Source of the DNA: the human T2T-CHM13v2.0 reference genome, Homo sapiens
Direction of reading: 5' to 3'
DNA length: 64,000 nt
NCBI GenBank assembly: GCA_009914755.4
Contig: CP068257.2
Span: 26,656,001-26,720,000 of the forward strand
How positions within the stretch are numbered: the stretch's first letter is position 1; each line of letters starts with the position of its first letter. Made by a program: the position numbers and the translations under genes. The notes beneath the pieces were generated by a model. The model was not told where the DNA came from. It searched no databases and saw only the letters and a program-made list of their open reading frames with translations. Below, piece by piece: positions 26,526-38,922 of this stretch.

Positions 26526-29366
26526 ATCTAAAAATGTGAGGACACTGGGCACATATGCAGTATGATGAAATAGGAGAAATGCAGGACCAAGCAAATAGAC
26601 ACATGAAATAGGTCATCAGTAGTTTCAGGATGTCTTGTAGATTCATTTATTTGTTCATTATACTCAAATACTAATTTGACAATTTATATAAGCATCCTAC
26701 TAAAGACTAAGTATTGAGTCCTGAACAAACAGACATGACTCTGTGCTCATAGCATTCTGATTTATTTTTAACTATTGCGTTTTAACCACTGCCTTGGTCT
26801 GAATGTTTTTGTTCCCTCTAAAGACGTACGTTGAAACTTAGCCTCCAATGCAACAAAATTGAGAGATGGAGCTTAATAGAAGGTGTTTAGGTCAGAATAG
26901 GTCTGCCCTCATGAATTAATTAATGCTGCTATGGAAAGGTCTTGTGAAAGTCCATTCTGCCTCTTTTGCTATTTTGCCATGTGAAGAATAGCATTTGTCT
27001 CCCTTTTTTGCCTTTCTTCTTCTGCCATGAAAAGTCACAGCAAGAAGTCTCTCATCAAATGCCTGTCTCTTGATCTTGGACTTTCCAGCCTCCAGAAATG
27101 CGAGAAAAAATTTTCTGGTTTTTGTAAATTATCAAGTCACAGGTATTTTGTTGTAACAGTACTAAATGGACTTAGACAACCACATATTACCGTAAGTTAC
27201 ACTGACTTTTTAAAACTAAACTTCTTATTAAAAAAAAATTACAGATTGATATGCAGTTGACAATAATAATAGAAACACCCCATGCACCCTTTGTCCATAT
27301 TCCTGAGTAACATCTTGCAAAACTGTAGTTCAATATCATAACCATAATATGACATTGACACAATTAAGATACCAAATATTGTCTTTACCACAATGATTTT
27401 TCATGGTGCCTCTTGATAACCACACCTACTTCCCTCTGCCATTTTGTAACTCATGAAAATCACTAATCTGTTCTCCGTTGTTATAAATTTTACTATTTCA
27501 AAAATATTATGTGTGTACTACACTAGTATGTAGCCATTTTGGATTGATTTTGCATATGTGGAGATTCTCTTATCCATAAAAATTTCCTTTTTTCTTACTG
27601 CTTTCAAAATTCTTTGTTTTTGACTTCTTACAATCTGATTGTTATGTGTCTCTGTGGACTTTTTTGGTTCACCTATTTAGGGTCTTCTTATAGCCCTGGA
27701 TATAGATTATCATTTTCTTCCTCAGATTTGAGAAGTTTTCAGCCACTATTTTGAATACGCTTTCTGATCTTTCTCCTCTCTTTTTCTGAGGACTTTCATA
27801 ATGCATACATTTAGATGATGTTCTTTAAATCTTTCAAACTTGTTTCACCATATTTCATTGTTTTACTTTTGTTCCTCTCACTAAATAATATCCAATTATC
27901 TGTCTTCAGATTTGCTAAGCCTTTATTCTGTTTGAAATAGTCTGTGGTTGAACTGCTCTAGTGACTTTTACCATTCAGTTATTATATTCTTCAACTCCAT
28001 GATTTCTGTCGGAACTCTTTTATATTTTACATCTCTTTATTGAAATTTTCACTTTATTAATGCATTGTTCTCTCAATCTCAGTGGGCATCTTTATTATTG
28101 TTTTTAAATTAATTCTATGTCATACAAATTCTTTTTTATGGGGTGGGGGAAGATCACTTGGGATTTTCTATATAGACCATCATGTAATTTGCAAATAAGG
28201 ACCATTTTATTTATTCTTTTCCTATCTGCATGCCTATTATTTGCTTTGCTTGTTTTACTGTGTTAGCTAGATTTTCCAGCACTATGTGGGATACTGGTGG
28301 TGACAGTGAACATCCTTGTCAGTTTCTAATCTTAGATGTAAAAAAATGTAGTATTTTACCATTAAGTATGATGTTGTATATAAGCTATTTGTAGATATCC
28401 TTTAGCAAGTGTAGAGTTTCCCTCTATTGTTATATTTCTGAAAGTTATTATGAGCGGGTGTTGCATTTTATCAAAATGCTTTTGCTGTATTAATGAATAT
28501 GATCTTGTGATTTTTCTCCTTTTGAGTGTTAACACAGTGGATTACATTGGCTGTCAAATACTGAAGTAGCCTCAAATCACTGGAATAAATCCCATGTGAT
28601 CATGATGTATATTTTTTCTACATTACTGAATTCTATTTAATAATATTTTAATAAAGTTTATCACATGTCTATATTCGTGACAGACATTGGTCTGTAATTT
28701 TCTTTTTTGTTTCTTTCTTAGTTTTTGGTATCAGGGTAATATAAACATCAAAAAAGAATTGGGAACTGTAAACTTATTTTTTCTGGAAGAGATTACATAA
28801 AATTGGTGTTAGCTATTCAAAGATTTAGTACAATTATATGGGTAACCATTTGTGCCTGGAGATTTCTTTTTAGTAGTTTTTCAAATTTGACTTAGTTACA
28901 ATTTAATTTTATTAACAATTATAGGGCTATTCAAATTTATCTACTACATATTGGGTGAGTTGTCACATTTTGTGCTTTTTGAAAAACTGGTCGATTTTTA
29001 TCAAAGTTAACAAACATGTTTGGGGAGTTCTTGATAGTATTTTCTTATTATCCTTTTGAGCTCGGTAATGGCTGTAGTGGTATCACTCCCAATATTGGCA
29101 ACTTGTGACCTCTTTTTTAGTCAGTTTTTATGCTTTTAAATTTTACTTATTTTTCAAGGAACTAATTCTTTGCTTATTTTGAATTTTTTATTGCTTTTCT
29201 ATTTTCAAATTCATTGATTTAAACTATTATCTTTAATATTTTCTTCCTTCTGCTTGCTTTGGATTTATTTTGTTCTTAAATTATTGAGGTCAGAGATTAG
29301 ATGATTAATTTGGAACTTTCCTTATTTTCTAACGTATATATTTAGTGCTAGAAATTTCCTTTTGGG

Positions 29367-29667
29367 GTCGGGTGTAGTGGCTTATGCATGTAAACCTAGC
29401 ATGTTAGGAGACCAAGACGGGAGGATCACTTGAGGCCAGAAATTTGAAACCAGCCTGGACACTATAGTGACACCCTGTCTCTACAAAATATTTTTTCATT
29501 AGCTGCACATGGTTGCATGCAGCTCTAGTCCAAGCTTTTTGAGGGGCTGAGGCAGGAGGAGCCCTTGAGACCTGAATGGTGAGGCTGCAGTGAGCCATGA
29601 TCATGCCACTGCACTCCAGCCTGGGTGAAAGAGTGACATGGTCTAAAAAAAAGGAAAAAAAAAAAAC
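29367..29667 (+). mobile_element. AluJ-like SINE nested in the minus-strand L1, with an approximate 8-bp TSD CCTYTTGG
   Basis: A divergent Alu ('ggtcgggtgtagtggcttatgcatgtaaacctagcatgttaggagaccaagacgggaggatcacttgaggccag…cactgcactccagcctgggtgaaagagtga') with an A-rich tail. 'ccttttgg' at 29359-29366 is matched by 'cctcttgg' at 29668-29675. Confidence 0.85.
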
Positions 29668-31067
29668 CCTCTTGGAACTAATTTTGCTGTGTCCTGAAAA
29701 ACTTTATATGTTTATATATTCATTTATAATTCATTGAATGTCTTTTTTATTTTACTTGAAACTTCCTCTTTAACCCAGGGATTATTTAGAAATGCATTAT
29801 TTCATTTCAAAGTGTTTGGAGATCCTCCTATTAACTTTCTGATACTGGTTTCCAGTTTGATCCCATTGTGATTACAGAACACTCCTTATATGATTTCAAT
29901 TTGCAAAAACTGTGTCTAGGTCTGCTTTATAGCCCAAATATGGTCTATCTTGGTATACTTTCCATGGGTACTTAGAAGAAATGTTTATTTTGCTCTTTGG
30001 GGAGTAAAATGTTCCTTAAATGTTGATTAGATACTTATAGCTGGTGGTGTTGAGTTCTTGTATATCTTTACTGATTTTCTGTCTAAATAGCCTATTGATT
30101 ATTGATAGAAAGATGCTGAAATCTCCAACAAAGCTATGATCTTTGTCTTTTTCTCCTGTCTTTTTAATTACATCAGCTTTTGTTTCACATATCTTGTACC
30201 TCTATTGTTTGACATGTACACATTTAGGATTGGTGTCTTTTTGGTGTATAAACTTTTTATCATTATGTAATGTATTTCTCTGTCTCTGGTAATTTTCTTT
30301 GTTCTGAAGTCTCCTTAATTTTACAATAATCTAGCCACTCCTGCTTTTTTAAATTAATATTTGCATGGCATATCTTTTCCATCCTTTTACTTTTAATTTA
30401 TTTATATTGTATTCGAAGTGAGTTTTTATAGCATATAGCTCAGTCATATATTTTTAATCCACCCTATAAATCTTTGTCTTTTCATGTGTGTATTTATTTA
30501 CTTTTAATGTCACTGTTAACATGCTGGCATTTAAATCTACCATTTAAGTTTTATTTTGCTCCCTCTCTTTTCTCTTTGTTCTGTTTCCTGTTTTCTTTTT
30601 TCCTGCCTTTTTATGAGCAATGTGACAATTATTTTAGAATTTCATTTTGATGCATATACTATAATTTTTACATATCTCTTGTTATAGCATTTTTAGTGGT
30701 TGCTCAAGGTATTATAGTACAAAACTTATTATAGTCTACTGATGTTGACATTTTACCAATTAAAGTGAAGCGTTAAAGCTTTCCTCTCATCACATCTTTT
30801 TTCCTCTTTCATTTATAAAATAATTGTCTTTAATATTGTTCTAAGCAATTAGAATCACATCAGTGTAATAATTTTTGCCTCAACTGTCAATCATGACTTA
30901 GAAAACCCAAGAAAAGAAGAAAATATGAGTAAGTCTTTTACTTATCCATATTTTTGCTGTTTCTTGTTGTTTCTTTCTGATATTCCAAAATTTCTTTTTT
31001 TATCATTTCATTTCTGTTTAGTGAATGATAAATTCTGACCCAATTTTGAAGTGAATTCTCACTGAAT

Positions 31068-31285
31068 TATGTCCCCTCAAAATTTATATATAAAATTGGT
31101 GATTGAGGTCCTAATCACCAATGTGACCGTATTTGAAGACAGGACCTATAAGGAGGTAATTAAGGTTAAATAAAGTTACAAAGTTAGGGCACTTTTACAA
31201 TAGGATTAGCGTGCTTTTAAGAAGATAGACTAGAAAGCTGTCTCTCTGTCTCTCCCGCCCTCTCTGTCTCTGTCTCTCTCTCTTT

Positions 31286-31328
<43 letters not shown>

Positions 31329-31510
31329 GAGATCATGTGAACACACAACAATATGGCAGCTGCCTACAAGAAGGAAAGAGAAACCTCACCAGAAACCAAC
31401 CATGCTGGTGTCTTTGTCCGAGACCCCTAGCCTCCAAAACTGTGAGAAAATATGTCTGTTGTTTAAGCCATCCAGACTATGGTATATTAATAGCCTATGC
31501 TAACTAACAT
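31068..31510 (+). mobile_element. ERVL/MaLR-superfamily solo LTR (MLT-like) with internal (CTCTGT)n/(CA)n
   Basis: Starts 'atgtcccctcaaaatttatat…ggtcctaatcaccaatgtgaccgtatttgaagacaggacctataaggaggtaattaagg' and ends '…ctagcctccaaaactgtgagaaaatatgtctgttgtttaagccatccagactatggtatatt'. It is homologous to 38556-38922. Confidence 0.6.
31289..31326. repeat. (CA)n microsatellite, about 19 units, preceded by a (CTCTGT)n-like tract at 31233-31288
   Basis: Direct read. Confidence 0.9.
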
Positions 31511-34500
31511 GGATAATTTCCTTTAGTCATTCTTTTAGAATATATCTGCCGGTGATAAATTCTCTTAGCTTTCCTTCTTCAGAGAATGTCATCATTTAGC
31601 TTTGATTCTTAATAGAAATGTAAATGGTATTTAGAATTTTGAGCTGACAGTTTTCTTTCAGCACTTAAAAAAATGCTGACGCACTGATTTCTGATTGAAA
31701 AGTTAATATCATTCAAATTGTTTTACTCCTATAGCCAAAATGTCATTTCTCCCCAGTTGCTTCTATCATTTGTATTTGCCTTTAGTTTTTACAAGTTTGA
31801 GTATGATATATCTTCATGCAGACTTTTCTGGGTTTATATTGTATGGGTTTTTTCTCAGCTTCTTGAATCTGTAGGTTTATGTATTTTGCCAGATTTGGGA
31901 AGTTTTTGGTCATTTTTTTGTGTATTTTTTTTACCCCTCCCTTCTTTGTTCTTTCCTTCTGGAACTCTAATCCTGTTTACTTATCCATCCTTCTATCCTC
32001 ATTATTCTGCTGTTGAACTAATCCACTGAGTTTTCTATTTTGGTTAGTGTATTTTTTAGCTTTAAAATTTTCATCTCGCTCTTATTTTATCTTCTATTTC
32101 TTTACTAAGACTTTTCTCTTTTAATTTATTTCCAGTTTATTTGTAATTACTTTCAGAAGCATTTTTATAATGATTTGTCACATAATTCCAGTATCTACAT
32201 TGTATTGGTGTTGACATCTCTTGATTTCTTTCTTCATTCAGTTAGAAGTATTCCTGGCCATTTTGTGACATGTGATATTCTGTTAAAACCTGAACCCTTT
32301 GGAACTATGAGACTGGATCCTATGTAAACCTACTCAGTTGGTTTCCTCTACAGGGACAGAAGGCAAGTGAGGATAGAATTTCAAGTTCCCTACTTATCCT
32401 CTATTAATAGTCAAAGAGGAGAAAAGCTCCTTGTTACTGTTGGGCAAGTGAGGGATTTTCATGCCCCCACTAGACATTTGCTGATATCATATGGGCGTGC
32501 TTTTGTTATTGCTCCCCATGTGGCCTCCACTGACACCATAGGGAGGGGAAAATGGGCAATGATGAAAGTACAGACTCTCCTCTAGGCCTTTTCTACCACC
32601 ACCAGAAAGAGCATTCTTCTTTATTACCAGGTGGGAGTGAAAAGCAAAGCTCCTCAGGTGGTATTCACTGACACAATAGGAGCCACAAGTGTGACTCATT
32701 ATCCTTAGCAGAGAACAAAGTTACACCTTCCTACTCAGTCTTCTCTGACATCACCCTAGAGAGAGTTTGAGACACCTCTTTATAGCTTAAAAAGAATGAA
32801 AATCTATGCTCCTCATTTAGCTTTTGCCAGCTAAGGTGGAAGTGGACTACAGATTTTTTTCTGTGATATTTGGTCAGGGTGGAAGAGTTATTATATAGAA
32901 GTTTTCTTTCTTGCTAGTATGTGTCTTTCCTGAAACTTTGACTAGAGCCAGTAGGCTTTTGTTAAGGATTTTTGTTTTTGCATCCTTTGGCATTTCTGGG
33001 ATTTTCCAGCTTCTGTAGCTCCACGTCGGAAATACGTGAGGCAAAGAGAAAACATAGAAAACCTACCACCATGTCATTCTTTGGTCCTCAAGTTCCTTAG
33101 CTAGTTTTCCTACTTCTTTACACTTTTCAGGTCTTCCTAGGTTTGTTTTACATATAATTTTCAAGGTTTTCAGTTGGATTTAGCAGGAATATATCTACTC
33201 CATCTTTCTGGAAGCAAAATACCATTAAGAGATACTGATTTTAGAAATGGAAATGACTCATGTGAGAGAACACAAAATGGAATAATTTTACTGAGACAAG
33301 AAGGATCAAACCACAGAGAAGATGAAGACTAAATCAGCATGAGCTAAGGTGGTTACAGAGGATAAAGTTACCTGACTGTTATAATCAAGATTCTGGAGCC
33401 CAGGGAGGGCAAAACCATGTGATTAGTAGCCCTTCCCAAATTCCATTATCAGTGGGAACAGTCAAATTCCTGGTGGCCACTTCCTTAGTACTGGCTTTTT
33501 ACCCACAGGATTTAATACTAAGTTGATTGATTCAACTGTGTTTTCTTTGCCTGTTTCATGAGCTGCTCACTTTAATTCTGGATGTTCGACTAGTAAAAAA
33601 GATCCATTTCTGTAATTTTGAAAATATGGAAATATGTGAAGTCAAAGTCAATCTCAAACCTTCTTTGTAGAGATGGTAAGTAAAATTAAAGGATTGAAAA
33701 CCCATTACTGTGCTACAAATCTACTTAAAATTTCTTAATCATTGCTGTTTCTGAGCTCCTCTGAATAATCTCTTAATGTGTGGTACCCTGGCTCATGGCA
33801 AGGGCATGACTTAAATTACATGCAAAAATATCTTAAAAGTATTTATTCAGGTAATAGATACTCCCTTTGTGATGAGAAACAGATTTAATACAATGATGAC
33901 TTGTTCCCAAACAATAATCTGAGTATCAGAAATTGAAGCTTAAGTTATTCCTAAGTTTTATTCCTAAAACGGATTTTTTTTGTTTTTCAGAAGAAACTAG
34001 AACATATTAATAAACAATTTCACACCCAAAGGAATGTGAAACTTCATTTTCCTGACAAAGAATGTCCACTAATTAAAAATGACTGTGTTGGCAATTTAAA
34101 AGTATCTCTTTGCATATTGAACACTTGCTTTGGGTAAGAACTTGGCAAACTAAAAGCATATGGCCATTCTCTTTTTCATGGTTGTACCCAATAAATGTCA
34201 TCAGAATTTCAAAATGATGAAGAAGGTCTTTAAGTAGAGAAAATGAAATGCCACTTTTGGTTTTCTAAATGACAGAGATTTGAGGGAGGGGCTCTGAGGC
34301 ACATACGCAGAGACCATTAAGTGATATAGGGACCAGAAATACAGAGCCAAATTCTATACAATAAAGACCAAATATCAAAAATAGTTTACAATACTAAAAC
34401 AGGTTATGTCTAATGCCAAGAAATGCTTTCAGTAATACTAGTAATTTTTTATGCCTCTAATCATAATTCATAAGACTGAATTAAAGTAGACAACCCTACA

Positions 34501-35459
34501 TTTAATTTGTCCTTTGAGCAATATTATGTGGTTTCAAAACCATAGCTATAAGAAGAAGAAATTCATTTGCTGTTTCCCTTAGTGTATTATTCAAGTTCAG
34601 TCCATTACTAACCACTTTCAATTTTTAAATACCAGCATGTCTTCATTGTAGGAGTACTGGACTAAGAGTAACAAGCTGCAAATCTGAGTTCTTAACTACC
34701 ACTGACATCACAATGCATTACATTTTTTCTGAATCTCACTTTCCTTATTTGTAAATTAAAATAGTAATGGTAGCTGCTCTGAGTGCCTCACAGGGTAGCT
34801 CTAAGGAACAAAAGAAAGAAAATCTTTATAAAGTAGAATTCATACCAAAGTGGTAATTAAACCCTTAAACAGCAAAACTCCAAGTGGATGTACCTGGACA
34901 CTGAACTAGCACAAAAGAGCAAGAGGAGACATTTGTTAGTGCAAATGAAGGGGAATAATATGTGAAAAGATACCTGTATTACAGGTAAATTTCCTCAGGA
35001 AGCATTCAACTTGGAAGATGTTCTTATTAAAACACCCAGGGTCATCTTGGTATGTGCATGTGCATGCATGCACATGCACATACACACTCATGCAAACACA
35101 GATACACACACACACTGGTCTGCATTTATTGAATGCTAATTAAATACCAACTGAATGTCGGCTCTGTGTTTGTCACTGTGCTCAGAACTAGTGATAGAGG
35201 AGTAAGTAATTGAGAAACAGTCCCTCCTTTCACAGAGCATATGTTCTGGTAAGGAAGATTACAATATCGTTTCCAAGTGTGCAATGACAACATGATATGT
35301 TGTAGAAATGAGAACTATGGTGGTATGAATATTTATTATTGAGACATGAACATATTTGTGTCTACATTAACTGATATTTTAAATTTCCATACCCCATTTC
35401 CATACTATTATAAAATGTTTAATAGTAATTGACTTGATATTTCAATATTTAAGCTCCAG

Positions 35460-36560
35460 GATATATCAGGGGAAATTCAGCCAGATATCGGGCAAAATTC
35501 ACCCGATATTTCACATGGGTTCTTTTCTATTTTCCCTAAGCGTTGGCTGGTTTGAGAAATAAAGGGACTGAGTACAAAAGAGAGAAATTCTAAAGCTGGG
35601 CATCCGGGGGGAGACATCACATGTCGGTAGTTTCCATGATGCCCCACAAGCCGCAAAACCAGCAAGTTTTTATTAGGGACTTTCAAAAGGGGAGGGAGTG
35701 TACGAATAGGGTGTGGGTCACAGAGATCACGTGCTTCACAAGGTAATAGAATATCACGAGGCAAATGGAGGCAGGGCAAGATCACAGGACCACAGGACCG
35801 GGGCAAAATTAAAATTGCTAATGAAGTTTCAGGCACCATTGTCACTGATAACCTCTTATCAGGAGACAGGGTTTGAGAGCAACCAGTCTGACCAAAATTT
35901 ATTAGGTGGGAATTTCCTGTTTCTAATAAGCCTGGGAGACCTGTGGGAGACTGGGGTTTATTTCATCCCTACAGTTTCGACCATAGAAGACGGCCACACC
36001 CAAGGGGGCTATTTCAGAGACCTACCCTCAGGGGTACATTCTCTTTCTCAGGGATGTTCCTTGCTGAGAAAAAGAATTCAGCAACATTTCTCCCATTTGC
36101 TTTTGAAAGAAGAGAAATATGGCTCTGTTCTGCCTGGCTCACCGGCAGTCAGAGTTTAAAGTTATCTCTCTTATTCCCTGAACATTGCTGTTATGCTGTT
36201 CTTTTTTCAAGGTGCCCAGATTTCATATTGTTCGAACACACATGCTCTACAATTTGTGCAGTTAACGCAATTATCACAGGGTCCTGAGGCAACATACATC
36301 CTCTTCAGCTGACAGGATTAAGAGATTAAAGTAAAGACAGGCATAGGAAATCACAAGGGTATTGACTGGGGAAGTGTTAAGTGTCCATGAAATCTTCACA
36401 ATTTGTGTTTAGAGACTGCAGTAAAGACAGGCATAAGAAATTATAAAAGTATTAATTTGGGGAACTAATAAATGTCCATGAAATCTTCACAATCTATGTT
36501 CTTCTGCCATGGCTTCAGCTGGTCCCTCCGTTTGGGATCCCTGACTTCCCGCAACAAGGA
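35460..36560. other. GC-richer, CpG-retaining block of about 1.1 kb with LTR-like character, unclassified
   Basis: Base composition shifts abruptly from the AT-rich flanks, and the block contains CpGs. Three overlapping ORFs over 100 aa (35477-35845 minus, 35713-36159 plus, 35943-36287 plus) give no recognisable protein. 'ggatat' lies near both edges (35458-35463 and 36554-36559). Confidence 0.35.
36330..36500. repeat. Tandem duplication of roughly 85 bp (agtaaagacaggcata[g/a]gaaat…gtccatgaaatcttcacaat[t/c]t[g/a]tgtt)
   Basis: Two consecutive copies at about 75-80% identity. Confidence 0.65.
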
Positions 36561-37403
36561 TATCCAGGAGGAAATGTGTCTCAGCTAGAAAAGGAAACAG
36601 CATTACCCAAAGATGGCCAAAAGGACTTGGTGTTCTCTTGTGGTGAGATGGCTAGTTAGTGTCTGTTCAGTTATTAGGCAGAAACATGATTTTGCTGTCT
36701 TTATTTGGAAGTCGAAAGGCTTGTATATGAATATCAGGTTGACAAGGGGCAGACTGTGACAGCTTCGTACAACATCAACTTAGTTAAGCCAAAACTAGGT
36801 CTTCTGTAATTCTGTTTTCTATGTTTTTCTGCGTTAGGGTGAGCCAAAAGAGAAACCGCACAAGATTGGAATGGTAGATGTGAAACAATGGCTATAATCT
36901 CTAAAGGTCATTGTAGGGTACCAGGTTCCCCTGTAGCTCACACACATTGTTACTGAGCCGCTAGGCATGTGGAAGCAGCCAGATCTACAGCTTTTTCAGA
37001 TCCTGCTAGAGCTTCAGGTTTAATTGTTGCTCCCAGGTACAGAGTAGCTAGCTCTTCCTAACACAGAACACTCATATCATCAAGATTGGAGGAGGTAAGA
37101 TTCAGACAGTGTTTCCAATTTTTCCTTATGGATTCCAGTTTGTCCTTGCTGTGTCTCCTATTCCATGTCTAACTTTTTTTCTGAACTACCAGCCCTGACT
37201 ATCTATAGCAACTTCAGACCCACGGCCAGATACAGTGACAACAGCCTTCTGTAGACTTCTTTGCCAGCTCCCACAATTATATATGTTCTGATTTCAATAA
37301 TGTTCTTTCTTCTGTGGTGATTATGCTTTCTGATTGAACTCTAACTGATACAATATGCTGCAGCAAAATTAGGGGGAAATATCAAAAAGAAAGGCAACAT
37401 CAT

Positions 37404-37477
37404 GCAGTGAGCCGAGATTGCGCCACTGCACTTGAGCCTGGTGTCAGAGTGAGACTCCATCTCAAAAAAAAAAAAAA
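37404..37477 (+). mobile_element. Extremely 5'-truncated Alu (about 55-bp 3' end plus poly-A) with 12 to 14-bp TSD AAGGCAACATCA
   Basis: 'tgcagtgagccgagattgcgccactgcacttgagcctggtgtcagagtgagactccatctc' is followed by A17. '(ga)aaggcaacatca' lies at 37390-37403 and 'aaggcaacatca' again after the poly-A at 37478-37489. Confidence 0.85.
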
Positions 37478-37479
37478 AA

Positions 37480-38350
37480 AGGCAACATCAGAGCACAAAA
37501 ACAACGAATTAAATAACATAAGAAAATCTGGAATTATTGACCTAGGATGATTGCTTCTGAAATCAGAAAGCCACCAGTTCAGCTAAATTAGAAGGACGTG
37601 GACTTTAGAACGAAGGTCTCCAGGCAAAAGGACTGGAGATTTGAGATTAAGTCCACATAAAGAATGGGTTACATGACAGAAAGAAGAGACAAAATCAAGG
37701 ATATTATCAAAACCTGAAAGAAAATAAAAGAAATCAATCATGAACTTCAGGTAAAACAAGCATCTGCATAAGCAATTATGGTCCGCATATCAAGTTATTC
37801 CTTCAAATTAGAATAGGAAGCCAGTAAACTTCTAGAGGAAAAATGGACTGGATTTTAGGCAATAGAATGAGTAAAAAGATAGACGATACTGGATACATAA
37901 CAAAGAAAACATATGTTTCCTTTTCTAACAAGAAAAACAAATCAAAATAAAAGCACTTAGAAACTCTACAAAGAATCAAGAAAAGAAAAATGGTAAAAAC
38001 ATGAAGGAAGTTAAAATGGGTCATGATTTTGAGAACTTGGAGGAGAGTAATAAAGGAGAATGGATTTGATCTTCATCCAATGAATGTCAATGGGGTTGTC
38101 TCAGTGGTGCTATAGAACAGGAGACATAATTCCGTCATCCACTGGGCATTGTTGTCAAGGATATTTACATGGCCATACCAACTTAATTGTAATTTATTGT
38201 TTTCAACTTTCAGACTCAGACTGCATAATGCCTAGAAGACCAAATAATTAACATAAAACAGAATATTAATGGAATCAACACTGAGAAAATTAACTGAGTC
38301 GCAGAAAAAAGAACAAGGACATCATTTGATGTGCTTCACTTGTTACAAAC
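37480..38350 (+). mobile_element. Possible old L1 ORF1-like fragment
   Basis: The A-rich composition is reminiscent of L1 ORF1. The translation is too decayed for a firm call. Confidence 0.25.
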
Positions 38351-38555
38351 TTGAGAAAAAAAGCATCTCAATAAAATATAGTATGATGCTTTGCTGAGTT
38401 AAGTGTGAGCTAGAGTTAGTAAAATCATCCTGTTTAATTATGCTGTACACTATAAAAACAATTTAGCATAGAACATAAAACATTGCTTTTCTGTGTTTCT
38501 TGAAAACCTGTTATTTCTCTGAACTTGAGTCAGAGAATCTTATGAAGTGAATGAC

Positions 38556-38922
38556 TGTGTGCCCCCCAAATTCGTGTGTTGAAGCTCTAATCCCTAGTAT
38601 GGCTGTATTTAGAGATGGAGTCTCTAAAGAAATATTTAGGGTCAAATGTGGTCATAAGGGTGGGTCCCTAATCCAATATGGCTGACTTCCTTATGAGAAG
38701 ATATGCTAGGGAGCTCTCCATGTACCAAGGAAAAGCCATGTGAGGGCACAGCAAGAAGGGGCCATCTACAAACCAGAAAGAGAGCCTCACCAGAAACTAA
38801 ATCAGCCAGAACCTTAATGTGGGCCTTCTAGCCTCCAGAACAATGAAAAAATACTTTTTTGTTGTTTAAGCCATCTAGTCTACAGTATTTTGTTATGCCA
38901 GCCAAGCTGACTAAGGCAGAGA
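38556..38922 (+). mobile_element. ERVL/MaLR-superfamily solo LTR (MLT-like)
   Basis: Runs 'tgtgtgccccccaaattcgtgtgttgaagctctaatccctagtatggctgtatttagagatggagtctc…ggtcataagggtgggtccctaatccaatatggctgac…agccatgtgagggcacagcaagaagggg…agcctcaccagaaactaaatcagccagaacc…cctccagaacaatgaaaaaatacttttttgttgtttaagccatctagtctacagtattttgttatgccagcc…gactaaggcag'. Confidence 0.65.

Larger units (their letters stand above)
27240..33500 (-). mobile_element. Old, near full-length L1 (L1M/L1P-like) on the minus strand, interrupted by an AluJ and an MLT-like LTR
   Basis: The plus-strand sequence is the recognisable antisense of L1 ORF2, for example '…ccagcactatgtgggatactggtggtgacagtgaacatccttgtc…ccattaagtatgatgttg…' (antisense of the RT region) and '…ggtctgtaattttcttttttgtttctttcttagtttttggtatcagggtaatat…'. 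Beyond 31510 it continues into ORF2-N, ORF1 and 5' antisense-like sequence. The right-hand boundary is uncertain. Confidence 0.55.
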
